Assembly (NCBI GenBank): GCA_016935835.1
Contig: JAFGQE010000150.1
Coordinates: 1-53,298 of the forward strand
DNA from: Clostridia bacterium
GTDB taxonomy: Bacteria; Bacillota; Clostridia; DUPQ01
Direction: 5' to 3'
DNA: 53,298 nt
A program made the translations under genes and the position numbers. Below, piece after piece: positions 39,449 through 48,916 of this stretch. The notes below the pieces were generated by a model that had not been told where the DNA came from, searched no databases, and saw only the letters and a program-made list of their open reading frames with translations. Position 1 is the stretch's first letter. Each line of letters starts with the position of its first letter.

Positions 39449-41011
39449 ATGATTTATAATTGGAGCATGGAAAAGCTTATGCGCAGGATAAAATCCATTG
39501 ACACGGCCTACTGGTATATATCGGCCTACTTTCTGGTCAACCTGATTTTTTTGACCCGGTTTCCTTTCATGCATTCCGATGAATCCTGGCTGTCCGGACT
39601 TTCCCGTTCAATGCAATCCGGGGGATTGGGCACGACCGAGACCTTCTTCGACCTTTTTCCGAGGCATCCCCATGCAATAAAGATACTGTTTCATATGGTA
39701 CAGATCGGATTTGAAAGTATCCTCGGCTACAGTCTTTTCACTTTCAGGCTTATATCGCTTATCGCTGGCATCGCCGTACTGGTGCTTTTCTATAAATCAG
39801 CCCGACTATTACTGAAGACCCGGATGGATGCCTTCCTTGCGACCGCGGCGCTTTCACTTTGCATCCAGTTCATATATGCGTCGCACTTCGCCCGGCAGGA
39901 AATAATCATTCTCGCCGGCATGACCGGAGTACTGTACTTCATAATGAGCAAAAGCATGGAGTGGGGCTATTGGAAGGATATTGCCGCCGCACTGGCTACA
40001 GGGGTTTTCGCAGGGGTTCATCCCAACAGCCTTATCATAGCGCTGGCAGCGGGCTCCCTGTATCTTTACTATATTGTCAGGAAGCAGGGCATGCGGATAT
40101 CAAACCTGCTTGTTTATATTTTTTCCACAGCCCTGACAGCGGGAATTTTCATAGGCATCAGCTTCATGTTCGACGGAAACTTCATATCGAATTATCTGTC
40201 ATACGGAAGCGGACTTGGTGTTTCCGATTCCCTGGCGGCCAAATCCGGGGGCATTCTGAGTTATTATCAAAAACTTTTCAATGGCGTCAGCGGAACTTAT
40301 TATACCCCCGGCATCCGTGCGGCCCTTATTTTGTTCGCGGTATCGCTGGCGGGGGGAACCTTTGCATTTTTCCGGGACAAAAACCTGGCAAGGCTTTTAA
40401 TGCCTATTGCAGCCGTCAACATCGGATTCATTTTGATAGGCAGGTTCTCACAACCCGGGGTGGTGCTGATATTTCCGCTTTGCATCCTATTGCTTTTTTG
40501 CCTTATCGGGAAAATCGCAGGGAGCAAGTCATGGATGGCCGCGGTCGCGGTATGCCTTTGCCTTGCGGTAAATTCAGCCATCGGAATAATTCCATATTCG
40601 GGCAATGAATACAAGGAGTACCTTGATGAAATAAAATCCACTGTTCCGGGCGACTCCGTGGTTCTTGCGAATCTCAATGCGGAATACGCATTCGGGCCGG
40701 GCGGACTGTACGACTACAGGAATCTCGCGTATCTCGGCGACGCCGGCCTGGATTTCGCAGGATACATTGAATCAAGGAATATAGAATATATAATTTATCC
40801 CGCGGAAATGGATTTCATATATGAGCGCAGGCCGGTATGGAACGTGGTATATGGAAACCTGTATCCATATTATGGGCAGATGCAGGAGTTCCTTGATCAA
40901 AGATGCAGGCTGATATATGAATTCAACTCGCCGTATGCTATGAGAATCGTGCGCTTTTCGTACGAACGGGAGTGGCCGGTCAGGATATATGAGGTGATTG
41001 CGGATGAATAA
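39449..41011 (+). CDS. ArnT/PMT-like (GT-C fold) membrane glycosyltransferase
   Basis: First TM followed by HSDESW (DE motif), RLIS, FARQE, many TM segments; start codon uncertain. Confidence 0.78.
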   Translation: MIYNWSMEKLMRRIKSIDTAYWYISAYFLVNLIFLTRFPFMHSDESWLSGLSRSMQSGGLGTTETFFDLFPRHPHAIKILFHMVQIGFESILGYSLFTFRLISLIAGIAVLVLFYKSARLLLKTRMDAFLATAALSLCIQFIYASHFARQEIIILAGMTGVLYFIMSKSMEWGYWKDIAAALATGVFAGVHPNSLIIALAAGSLYLYYIVRKQGMRISNLLVYIFSTALTAGIFIGISFMFDGNFISNYLSYGSGLGVSDSLAAKSGGILSYYQKLFNGVSGTYYTPGIRAALILFAVSLAGGTFAFFRDKNLARLLMPIAAVNIGFILIGRFSQPGVVLIFPLCILLLFCLIGKIAGSKSWMAAVAVCLCLAVNSAIGIIPYSGNEYKEYLDEIKSTVPGDSVVLANLNAEYAFGPGGLYDYRNLAYLGDAGLDFAGYIESRNIEYIIYPAEMDFIYERRPVWNVVYGNLYPYYGQMQEFLDQRCRLIYEFNSPYAMRIVRFSYEREWPVRIYEVIADE

Positions 41012-42128
41012 GATAAAATTCAACAAACCGTTTTATGACGTCGGGGAGATCGAAAACCTCAGGAAATATTTGCTTGGGGGAGTGGATTTCAGGCAGACCG
41101 TTGCCGGCCATCTGAAAAGAGCCACCGGCGCTGTGAAGGTTATTCCGACCGCCGGCGCCGCGGCGGCTATGGATGCTTATTTCGCCGCGATGAATTTCCC
41201 GTCGGGGGGAGAGGTGGCCATGCCCTCATTTACTTTTCCCTCCGCGGCCAATTCAGTGGTCAACGCAGGCCTGAGACCGGTTTTCACAGACATCGACCAA
41301 AGGACACTCGTCATGGACCAAGGGTGTCTTAAGGAGGGTTTATCTAAAAGGACCGTGTGCATAATGCCTGTTCACTATGGAGGCGCCTCGATGGATATGG
41401 ACTCCCTGATGGAAATCTCGCTCGAATACGGCATTCCGGTTTTCGAGGATGCGGCGCTTTCATACGGGGCTTTTTACAAGGGACGGCATCTTGGAACCAT
41501 CGGGGATGCGGGGGCGCTGAGTTTTCATGCCACCAAGAACATATCGGGCGACGGAGGCGGGGCGTTGCTTCTAAATGGCATGAATGTTGATGATGCATTT
41601 GAAGAGATACTTGCAGACGGCACGGACAGGCCCGCGTTCAATCGAGGCGAGGTAGCTGCATATACATGGCGGCGGGCGGGCAGGGGCGGCGCCATGACCG
41701 GCCTGACCGCGGCAGTGCTGGCGGCGCAGCTTGAAAAAGAGGACGACATCCGCCGCAGGCGAAAAATCGTGTGGGATGCATATTATTCGGGTTTGAAGAA
41801 ACTTGCCGGATCAGGCGTATTTGAGCTTCCGTCCATACCTCCGTACAACACCAACAATTATCATGTTTTCCATCTGGGATTCAAAGACAGGAAAGCGCGG
41901 GACGTCGTCGCCGGGGAACTGGCGGCGGCCGGGGTCGAGGCTTTCATACATTATATGCCGCTGCACTCATCCTCAATGGGAGCCAGCCTTGGCTATCGCC
42001 GCGGCGACCTTCCGGTCACCGAGTCGGCCGCATCCGGCCTTCTTCGCCTTCCCATGCACGCATGGCTTGACTCCGGCGACGTTGATGGAATCTGTAAACT
42101 CATTGCACGGGCGGTGGCGCATGTTTGA
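41004..42128 (+). CDS. DegT/DnrJ family nucleotide-sugar aminotransferase (WecE/RffA-like)
   Basis: MPSFTFPS, PVHYGG, EDAA, LSFHATKN (PLP lysine), HYMPLHSS, LLRLP. Confidence 0.9.
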   Translation: MNKIKFNKPFYDVGEIENLRKYLLGGVDFRQTVAGHLKRATGAVKVIPTAGAAAAMDAYFAAMNFPSGGEVAMPSFTFPSAANSVVNAGLRPVFTDIDQRTLVMDQGCLKEGLSKRTVCIMPVHYGGASMDMDSLMEISLEYGIPVFEDAALSYGAFYKGRHLGTIGDAGALSFHATKNISGDGGGALLLNGMNVDDAFEEILADGTDRPAFNRGEVAAYTWRRAGRGGAMTGLTAAVLAAQLEKEDDIRRRRKIVWDAYYSGLKKLAGSGVFELPSIPPYNTNNYHVFHLGFKDRKARDVVAGELAAAGVEAFIHYMPLHSSSMGASLGYRRGDLPVTESAASGLLRLPMHAWLDSGDVDGICKLIARAVAHV

Positions 42129-42867
42129 TTGCAGCGTGTGCGTGGTTATACCGGTATATAACGGCTCGAGGCATCTGCCCCTGCTGATTGAAAGGACAGT
42201 GTCGGTTCTTTCGAATTTCAAGGATGGCAGGATCATAATGGTCGACGACAACAGCACAGACGTGAGCTATGGGATCATCAGGACGCTGGCTGACGGGAAT
42301 GACATCCTGACGGGAATCAGGCTTGACTCAAATTATGGCCAGCAGAGCGCCATTCTGTGCGGCCTTAATCACTGTGATTGCGATTATGCGGTCATAATGG
42401 ACGATGACCTCGAAAACAAACCGGAGGATATAACAAGGCTGTATGAAGCCGCGGCCAAGGGCCATGACGCGGTGTATGCGATTAATTCACGGCCTGGAGA
42501 CAAAAATCTTTTCAGGCGGTTCGGTTCAATGCTCAGGGATGCCACATTCAGCCTTCTTACGGACAAACCGCGCGGGATCAAGGTGTGCAGTTTTCGCATC
42601 ATCAACAGAAAGACGGTGGATGCGATAAAAGGCGCGGACAGGCGTTTTGTATATATATCGATGGAGATTCTGAAAAAGACGACCAGCATCGGCAATATCA
42701 CCGTGGAATACGGTCCAGCGGGCAGAACGGGGCACAGTCCGCAAAAACTCATCAGGCTGCTGGCAAATATTTATGTATATTATTCCGGCTGCAAACTTTT
42801 GGAAAAACTGGCGAAACCGGGACCGGCATATAAGGTCCTTGAAAAGACAGGGGATCATGGCTTATGA
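42121..42867 (+). CDS. GT2 polyprenyl-phosphate glycosyltransferase (ArnC/GtrB-like)
   Basis: VVIPVYN, VDDNSTD, NYGQQSAI..G, MDDDL; ATG at 42121 overlaps the preceding gene. Confidence 0.88.
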   Translation: MFDCSVCVVIPVYNGSRHLPLLIERTVSVLSNFKDGRIIMVDDNSTDVSYGIIRTLADGNDILTGIRLDSNYGQQSAILCGLNHCDCDYAVIMDDDLENKPEDITRLYEAAAKGHDAVYAINSRPGDKNLFRRFGSMLRDATFSLLTDKPRGIKVCSFRIINRKTVDAIKGADRRFVYISMEILKKTTSIGNITVEYGPAGRTGHSPQKLIRLLANIYVYYSGCKLLEKLAKPGPAYKVLEKTGDHGL

Positions 42868-44123
42868 AGGTAATGGTTCTTGGCGGCGGCGGCTGCCAGA
42901 TGAACATGATAAGGCGGCTGAAGCTGCAAGGACACGGGATTGTACTCGTGGATTATTTGTCCGGCTGCCCGGGAAGCGCGCTTGCCGATGAACATTATAG
43001 GATAAGCACGTTTGATTCCGTCGCGGTATCGGAATTGCTGGAATCCACTAAGCCGGAGGCGATCATAACAATGGGCACCGACCAGCCTGTACTGACCGCG
43101 GCCGTCTGCGCAGGGAGGGCGGGACTGCCTTTTTATCTGACTCCGGGGCAGGCTCTTTTAGCTACTAATAAAAGGATAATGAAGAAAATTTTCAAAGACA
43201 ACGGCATACCGACGGCGGAATACAGGCTCGCAGGGATTGATTTCAATGATGATGAAATAGCAGGCCTGCGCTTTCCCGCGGTACTGAAACCTGTTGACAG
43301 CCAGGGCCAGAGAGGGATATTCAAGGTGGCCGACGCGGATGAAGCCAGGAAACACATCCGTGAAACTTTGTCCTATTCGAGGGAGGACAAGGCGCTTTTG
43401 GAAGAATATTATGAAAACGACGAGATAACAGTGAACGGCTGGGTGGATGAAGGCAGGGCCCATATTCTTTCTGTAGTCGACAGGGTGACGATGGAGGCGG
43501 GCGACAGGATCGGAATATGCATGGCGCACAATTGCCCGTCGCTTCATCTTGCCGGAAACAGGGATGAAATCCTGTTCCTGACGCAGAAGATAACCGAGGC
43601 ATTCGGTTTCGGGGAAGGTCCGCTTTACTATCAGTTCCTGATCGGGGCGCAGGGAATAAAGGTCAATGAAATAGCCATGAGGATAGGCGGGGCGTACGAG
43701 GATATCACAATTCCGTTGATCAGCGGGGTCGATATACTCGGAATGCTTATTGAGAGTGTTCTGAAAGGGCGGTGCGGCAAGGAGGCTTTGCGTGCGCATG
43801 ACGGCAACCTTTCCAATTCATTTGTAACAACGCAGATGTTTTTCATCCGTCCCGGAAAAATCCAAAGCTTAACGCCGCTGTCCGGGATCACCGGGGAGAC
43901 ATATGTCATGGACGCAAGGTACCTGATATCCGAGGGCATGGAATCAGGGGAAGTGGAGAACGCCACAGCGCGCGCGGGGTATTTCATAGTCAGGGGAAAT
44001 GATTTCAACGACATGCTTGAAAAATCCGATGCGATATACGAAAAAATAAAAATACTTGACAGCAAAGGCCGTAACCTCCTTATAAAATACAAGGACTACA
44101 GTAACAAATACAAATTCCTCTAA
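42864..44123 (+). CDS. ATP-grasp domain ligase
   Basis: LGGGGCQ, NKRIMK, LKPVDSQGQRG, LLEEY, NEIAMRIGG. Confidence 0.85.
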   Translation: MKVMVLGGGGCQMNMIRRLKLQGHGIVLVDYLSGCPGSALADEHYRISTFDSVAVSELLESTKPEAIITMGTDQPVLTAAVCAGRAGLPFYLTPGQALLATNKRIMKKIFKDNGIPTAEYRLAGIDFNDDEIAGLRFPAVLKPVDSQGQRGIFKVADADEARKHIRETLSYSREDKALLEEYYENDEITVNGWVDEGRAHILSVVDRVTMEAGDRIGICMAHNCPSLHLAGNRDEILFLTQKITEAFGFGEGPLYYQFLIGAQGIKVNEIAMRIGGAYEDITIPLISGVDILGMLIESVLKGRCGKEALRAHDGNLSNSFVTTQMFFIRPGKIQSLTPLSGITGETYVMDARYLISEGMESGEVENATARAGYFIVRGNDFNDMLEKSDAIYEKIKILDSKGRNLLIKYKDYSNKYKFL

Positions 44124-44137
44124 TCCCCCATATAAAT

Positions 44138-44399
44138 CAAACAGTTGCCCAAGGCAACTGTTAAACAATCGCATAAACCATGCATAAAAACCAAACAGTT
44201 GCCCAAGGCAACTGTTTGAAAAATCAACGACCAAAATTCAACCATCAGATAAATAAAGCATTTTCAGCCACTATTTGAATAATTGTAAAAAGTTCACGGC
44301 TAAAAACAGTAAAAACATCAAACAATTGCCCAAGGCAATTGTTTGATGTTGCATAAACCATGCATAAAAATCAAACAGTTGCCCAAGGCAACTGTTTGA
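44138..44399. repeat. Array of four REP-like palindromes (CAAACAGTTGCC-CAA-GGCAACTGTTTG) arranged as two units
   Basis: Copies at about 44140-44162, 44192-44218, 44314-44350, 44371-44399; the spacer GCATAAACCATGCATAAAAA occurs in both units; unit period about 180 bp. Confidence 0.9.
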
Positions 44400-44452
44400 G
44401 GCAATGGTTTGCATGAGGAAGCATGGGTGTTATTCGTGATAATCAGGGCCTG

Positions 44453-46705
44453 TCAATAAAAGATTGCAATTGCGTGCGCTTCCCGGTAATCGGGCAGATG
44501 AACGCATATGCAGCCGTTTTCATATTTATGTGCGCAGGCTTCCATATCGAGCCTGACATCCGGGGATTCAGGTGCATGTATCCTGATGTTCATTGCGGGG
44601 GAAGGTGCGCGAAAGCCGTTTTTGTAGGATGCCGCCGAAACCATTACGCGTATGCCCCGGCTGTCCGCAATGCATGAAACCGGAATCTCAACCCACCGGC
44701 CATCCCTGTAGTCAAGGGTAATACCGTCGTCGTCATATATGGTGAATGATGATTCGCCATCCGGGAAAATGTCCAGGGTCAGCTCGTCGACAGGTCTTTC
44801 ACCCACATAGTTCATCACGGGCTGGCTTGGGATGATCGCCCCGGACCTGACGAAAAGACCGCCCCCCTTGCCTTTTGGGAATTCGTATTTGCCTGAATAA
44901 GGCCCCGTAAATTCCCTGCCGGTAAAATAATCAATCCATTTTCCTTCGGGAAGGTAAAGGTCGTCGGTGAAGCAGCTTACCAGGAAATTGTCGCCGAGCA
45001 TATATTCGGTCTTGATGTCGTCTGCATGCCCGTCTTTTGGAAAAACAAACGGAAGCGGACGCATGACCGGCATGCCCTTCAGATAAGCCTGATAGGCGGT
45101 GGAATAAATGTACGGTATCAGGGAGTAGCGCAACCGGGCATAATCCTTGAAGATACCCTCCAGTTCCGTTCCGAGAAGCCACGGATGCCTCCAGTAGGCC
45201 CAGCTGCAAAGCTGCGACCATGACTGAAGGAAGCCGAAATGGATGCCCTCTTTGGTGAAAACCAGCATGTCGCAGCTGGTGTTGACATGGCCCGACATGG
45301 CGTGATTGAGCATGGAAAGCAACGGCTTTGGGCCGCCGCCCGTATCGCCGGCCCATGTAGCCGCATATTTCTGTATGCCTGCAAAACCTCCCGATGAATA
45401 AATCATGGACCTTCGGCCGGTATGTTTTGAAAATCCCGTGCTCATTTGCTTGGAAAGCAGGAGAGGATAAAGGTTGTGCATCTGCACATCGTCCATTCCG
45501 TTGCCCCATTTTCTGTCGGGATGCTCGTTTACCTGCCAGGCGCCGTCCATCTTGAACGCGGATGCGCCCATATCCACGAATTTCTTCAAATGCTCGAAGA
45601 ATCCCTGGTCCTTTACGGTGAATTCATCCATTTTAAGGGGCTCGTGCCCTATGTTCATGTCCTGCTCAAAGTCGTCCTTGGACGGAAGGCAGTCCGTCTT
45701 TTCCTCATGAATGAAACCCGGAGGCGGAATCAAGGCGTTGCGTTCTTCTTCAAATCCCAGGTCGTAATCGCAGCAAAGCCAAAGGCTGAGCTTGAAGCCC
45801 AGGCGCCTGATGGCTCCGAAGAATGTATTTTCAAGGCCTTCCCGGGTGTCCGAGCACCAGGGCGGGATATAGAAGCGCTCCTCGTCGAATTTCTTGTTCA
45901 CGGACTTGTCGTAATAAGTTTCCATCCACTTCGGCTCAAGCCCCACGACATCGCACGGAATCTCCCGGTTGCGGAAATTCATGCAATCGTCAAACATTTC
46001 CTTGGCGTTGGCCTGCATGTTGCATACGAATGTAAGCCCGTAGCCGAATTTGGGCAGCAGGGACGGGCGGCCCGAAACAGCCGTATACTGGTCAAGCAAA
46101 GACGCATATCCGCTTCCCGTGAAGAAAAGGAAATCCATTTCACCGTAATATCCAAAAACCTTCAGCACATTTGGGTCCGTGGCGCAGATGTCGAAATTAT
46201 GACGGAATGTGGTGTTGCAAAAAAGCGCCCAGCCGGCGCTGCTCATGAGAAACGGAATGGGCACATAGCTCTTGACATTCCTGACCCATATCTGCTCGAC
46301 GGATCCACGGCGTTCAAGCGTCTCCCTGTTTACGTCGCCGAGGCCGTAGAACTTCTCGTCGCCGCCCACGGCCAGCTCAAGCGAGAACCCGCCTTCCCTG
46401 CCGGCCCATAAAGGCGCGGCTGATTTTATAAGCTCTTTTCCTTCCGGGTCCATGACCGACAGAAGGGACATCCCGCGGTTTATGGCGATGCTCATCCCGG
46501 ATGTCGCGATCATTTCAACGCCGTCGACAGATGATGTTCCCACGGAAGCGCCGTTCCCCGAAAAATCAAATATTCCATACCTTGCATACGGATTGGTTTC
46601 CCTGAAATCCTTGTCCATGGACATTCGAAGCCGAAAGCATGTTTCGGTCAGGACATCGATTTTAAGGGAAAAACCGTTTTTTAGTTCGATAGCAGCCATT
46701 TCCAT
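44453..46705 (-). CDS. Glycoside hydrolase family 31 (alpha-xylosidase/glucosidase-like)
   Basis: FYGLGD, IPCDV, FKMDG, MHNLYP, WAGD, LRYSLIPYIYS, GMPVMRPL, YLPEGKWIDY. Confidence 0.9.
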   Translation of the reverse strand: MEMAAIELKNGFSLKIDVLTETCFRLRMSMDKDFRETNPYARYGIFDFSGNGASVGTSSVDGVEMIATSGMSIAINRGMSLLSVMDPEGKELIKSAAPLWAGREGGFSLELAVGGDEKFYGLGDVNRETLERRGSVEQIWVRNVKSYVPIPFLMSSAGWALFCNTTFRHNFDICATDPNVLKVFGYYGEMDFLFFTGSGYASLLDQYTAVSGRPSLLPKFGYGLTFVCNMQANAKEMFDDCMNFRNREIPCDVVGLEPKWMETYYDKSVNKKFDEERFYIPPWCSDTREGLENTFFGAIRRLGFKLSLWLCCDYDLGFEEERNALIPPPGFIHEEKTDCLPSKDDFEQDMNIGHEPLKMDEFTVKDQGFFEHLKKFVDMGASAFKMDGAWQVNEHPDRKWGNGMDDVQMHNLYPLLLSKQMSTGFSKHTGRRSMIYSSGGFAGIQKYAATWAGDTGGGPKPLLSMLNHAMSGHVNTSCDMLVFTKEGIHFGFLQSWSQLCSWAYWRHPWLLGTELEGIFKDYARLRYSLIPYIYSTAYQAYLKGMPVMRPLPFVFPKDGHADDIKTEYMLGDNFLVSCFTDDLYLPEGKWIDYFTGREFTGPYSGKYEFPKGKGGGLFVRSGAIIPSQPVMNYVGERPVDELTLDIFPDGESSFTIYDDDGITLDYRDGRWVEIPVSCIADSRGIRVMVSAASYKNGFRAPSPAMNIRIHAPESPDVRLDMEACAHKYENGCICVHLPDYREAHAIAIFY

Positions 46706-46808
46706 ACACCCCCGAATAAGATAACCTGATTATACAACAAATCGACTTCACCAAAGCCGGATATATTGTATACTATTAATAAATAATTCATAACAGGGGG
46801 TCTTTCGG

Positions 46809-48695
46809 GTGATTGATATAATCAAATGGGACGAAGTCGGGTCAAGGATAAAAAATGATGCGGATGCAGGCGCATTTTACAAGGATATGATGGAAAAGCT
46901 GGACAGGTTCATCGGGACCTACCATGACGAGGCTTCAAGGGTCACAGGCTGGTTCCACCACTACAATTGCGAAAGATGCCAGGGAAGGCTTATTTTCAAC
47001 ATCGACAATTCAAGCGAGCATATCTGCTCCGTATGCGGCCATGTAAACAAAAGCGAAACGCTTAGCAGGGTCTGGTACAACATGTACCGCAGCCAGGCGA
47101 ACTCAAGCATATACAGCTCGGCGGCCGCCTACAGGCTGACCGGCGACATGAAGTATATAGGGCACATTGAAAGGATACTGGATTTCTATTCAGGGAACTA
47201 CGACGATTTCGTCAGCGACCCAATCGCAAAGCGGTTCGAGGGCAAGCTGATGAACCAGCACCTTGATGACGCGACGTCCATGATGACGATACTGCTCGGC
47301 CTGGATATGGTCAGGGAATGCTTCAGCGTGGAAAAGTTGAAATACTACTATGAAAAGCTTTTTAAAAGTGAAGCCGAAATGTTCGACTTCTTTGCCAACA
47401 GGATATACAACATACCCGTATGGATCAAATGCGCACAGGCCATGACAGGCGTCTTCTTCAACGAAAAGGAGCATATTCAAAAGGGCATATACGGCGTATA
47501 CGGCGTCCTCGACCAGCTTAGGAAGGGCGTCACCGCGGAAGGAATGTGGTACGAAGGCTCGATGCACTATCACTTTTATACACTGATGCCCATCGCATAC
47601 CTTATGTTCATCTGCCGCCGCATGGAATTCGACATACCCGAGATGCCGTACATATATGAAACGGTCGAAAAGATGTTCGAATATCCGCTGAAGATGATGT
47701 TTTCCAGCGGCAGGCTTCCAAACCCGAACGACGCCCACCCATATCTCGAGATATCCATGTACAGGAATCAATACGAATACGCGGCGGCGATATATGAAAA
47801 TCCTCTCTTCAAAGGCCTGTGCTCCGGGTTCAGAAGAGACCGCACCAGGCCGGGAACCCTGGCGGGGCTTTTGCTGAATGTTTGGGATGGTGATGCCGTA
47901 AAAATGGATTTTGGAACCGTCGTCAATCCCGGATCATGCACGGCGATGCTGAGAAAAGACAAAACGGAGGTTTTCTTCAAGTTCGGCACACTGACGCACC
48001 TGCACAGGCATCCCGATGTCATGAATTTTGAAATGGCATTCGACGGCGACGTCGTTTCCTATGACATAGGCAACGGGGGCTACGCCTCGTCCCTGTTCGT
48101 GGAATGGCAGAGAAAGACGCTTTGCCACAACACCGTGGCCGTGGACCAAACGGATCAGTACCGGATGAGCCTCCCGTTTGGGACAGTGGAGGAGTCGGAT
48201 CCTGAAAACGCATATATAAAGGCCAAGGCCAAGGCTGTCTATGAGGCGACTGACTATACAAGGTCGTTCCGGGTGTCCCGTGACAGGGTCGAGGACGAGT
48301 TCCTGGTCAGGAACTGGGACACGCATGACGTCGATTGGTTCTTTTACTGCAAGGGCGAGCTGTCATGCCCGTATCCGACCGGGGAAGTTGAAACGCTGGC
48401 GTCTAGCTATCTGGCCAAGGGCAGCCCCGGCGACAGGGAATATCAGGCGGAAAGGGAAGCCGGCTACCAGCATTTCAAGGACATCAGGAAATTTGAGACC
48501 GACGGGGACTGGTTCGTCGATTTCGTATTGCCCGGCAAGAAGATAAGGGTTTCCATGAAGGGCGAACCCGGCACGACGGTTTATCGCGTGAACAGCCCGA
48601 CCTCCGACAAGGAAAACATGAGAAGGGGCCTAATAGTCAGAAGGGTTGCTTCAACGACGACATATGCGGCGGCGTACGAATGCATCCGGGACTGA
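46809..48695 (+). CDS. Heparinase II/III-like polysaccharide (oligo-uronate) lyase
   Basis: GMWYEGSMHYHFY, LPNPND, HRHPD, HNTVAVD motifs; N-terminal CERC...CSVC; no signal peptide. Confidence 0.78.
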   Translation: MIDIIKWDEVGSRIKNDADAGAFYKDMMEKLDRFIGTYHDEASRVTGWFHHYNCERCQGRLIFNIDNSSEHICSVCGHVNKSETLSRVWYNMYRSQANSSIYSSAAAYRLTGDMKYIGHIERILDFYSGNYDDFVSDPIAKRFEGKLMNQHLDDATSMMTILLGLDMVRECFSVEKLKYYYEKLFKSEAEMFDFFANRIYNIPVWIKCAQAMTGVFFNEKEHIQKGIYGVYGVLDQLRKGVTAEGMWYEGSMHYHFYTLMPIAYLMFICRRMEFDIPEMPYIYETVEKMFEYPLKMMFSSGRLPNPNDAHPYLEISMYRNQYEYAAAIYENPLFKGLCSGFRRDRTRPGTLAGLLLNVWDGDAVKMDFGTVVNPGSCTAMLRKDKTEVFFKFGTLTHLHRHPDVMNFEMAFDGDVVSYDIGNGGYASSLFVEWQRKTLCHNTVAVDQTDQYRMSLPFGTVEESDPENAYIKAKAKAVYEATDYTRSFRVSRDRVEDEFLVRNWDTHDVDWFFYCKGELSCPYPTGEVETLASSYLAKGSPGDREYQAEREAGYQHFKDIRKFETDGDWFVDFVLPGKKIRVSMKGEPGTTVYRVNSPTSDKENMRRGLIVRRVASTTTYAAAYECIRD

Positions 48696-48916
48696 TGCCG
48701 GCTCTATTGCATTGAACGGTGTCCGCCCTGGGATTACGTCGGCCGGCGGGTATTTTTTAAAGCAGGGGCATCCTGCCGATTTGTTCAAATGTAAACAATT
48801 TATTAACAAACCCCGGTCAGGGGGCATCCCGGCTGCCTGTGTGATAAAATTTATTTGCATTCAAGCGATGATACGCTTCATTATGGCGTCCATATGGACG
48901 GATAAGGAGGTATTCA

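Noticed and set aside
41803-42120. N-terminal extension of the GT2 ORF in the supplied track
   Set aside because: It overlaps the aminotransferase in another frame; the GT2 domain begins at ATG 42121.
44138-44399. CRISPR array interpretation of the palindromic repeats
   Set aside because: Spacers are unequal in length, two are nearly identical, and there are no cas genes in the window.
45446-46411. 321-aa plus-strand ORF
   Set aside because: Shadow of GH31 on the opposite strand; no family features.
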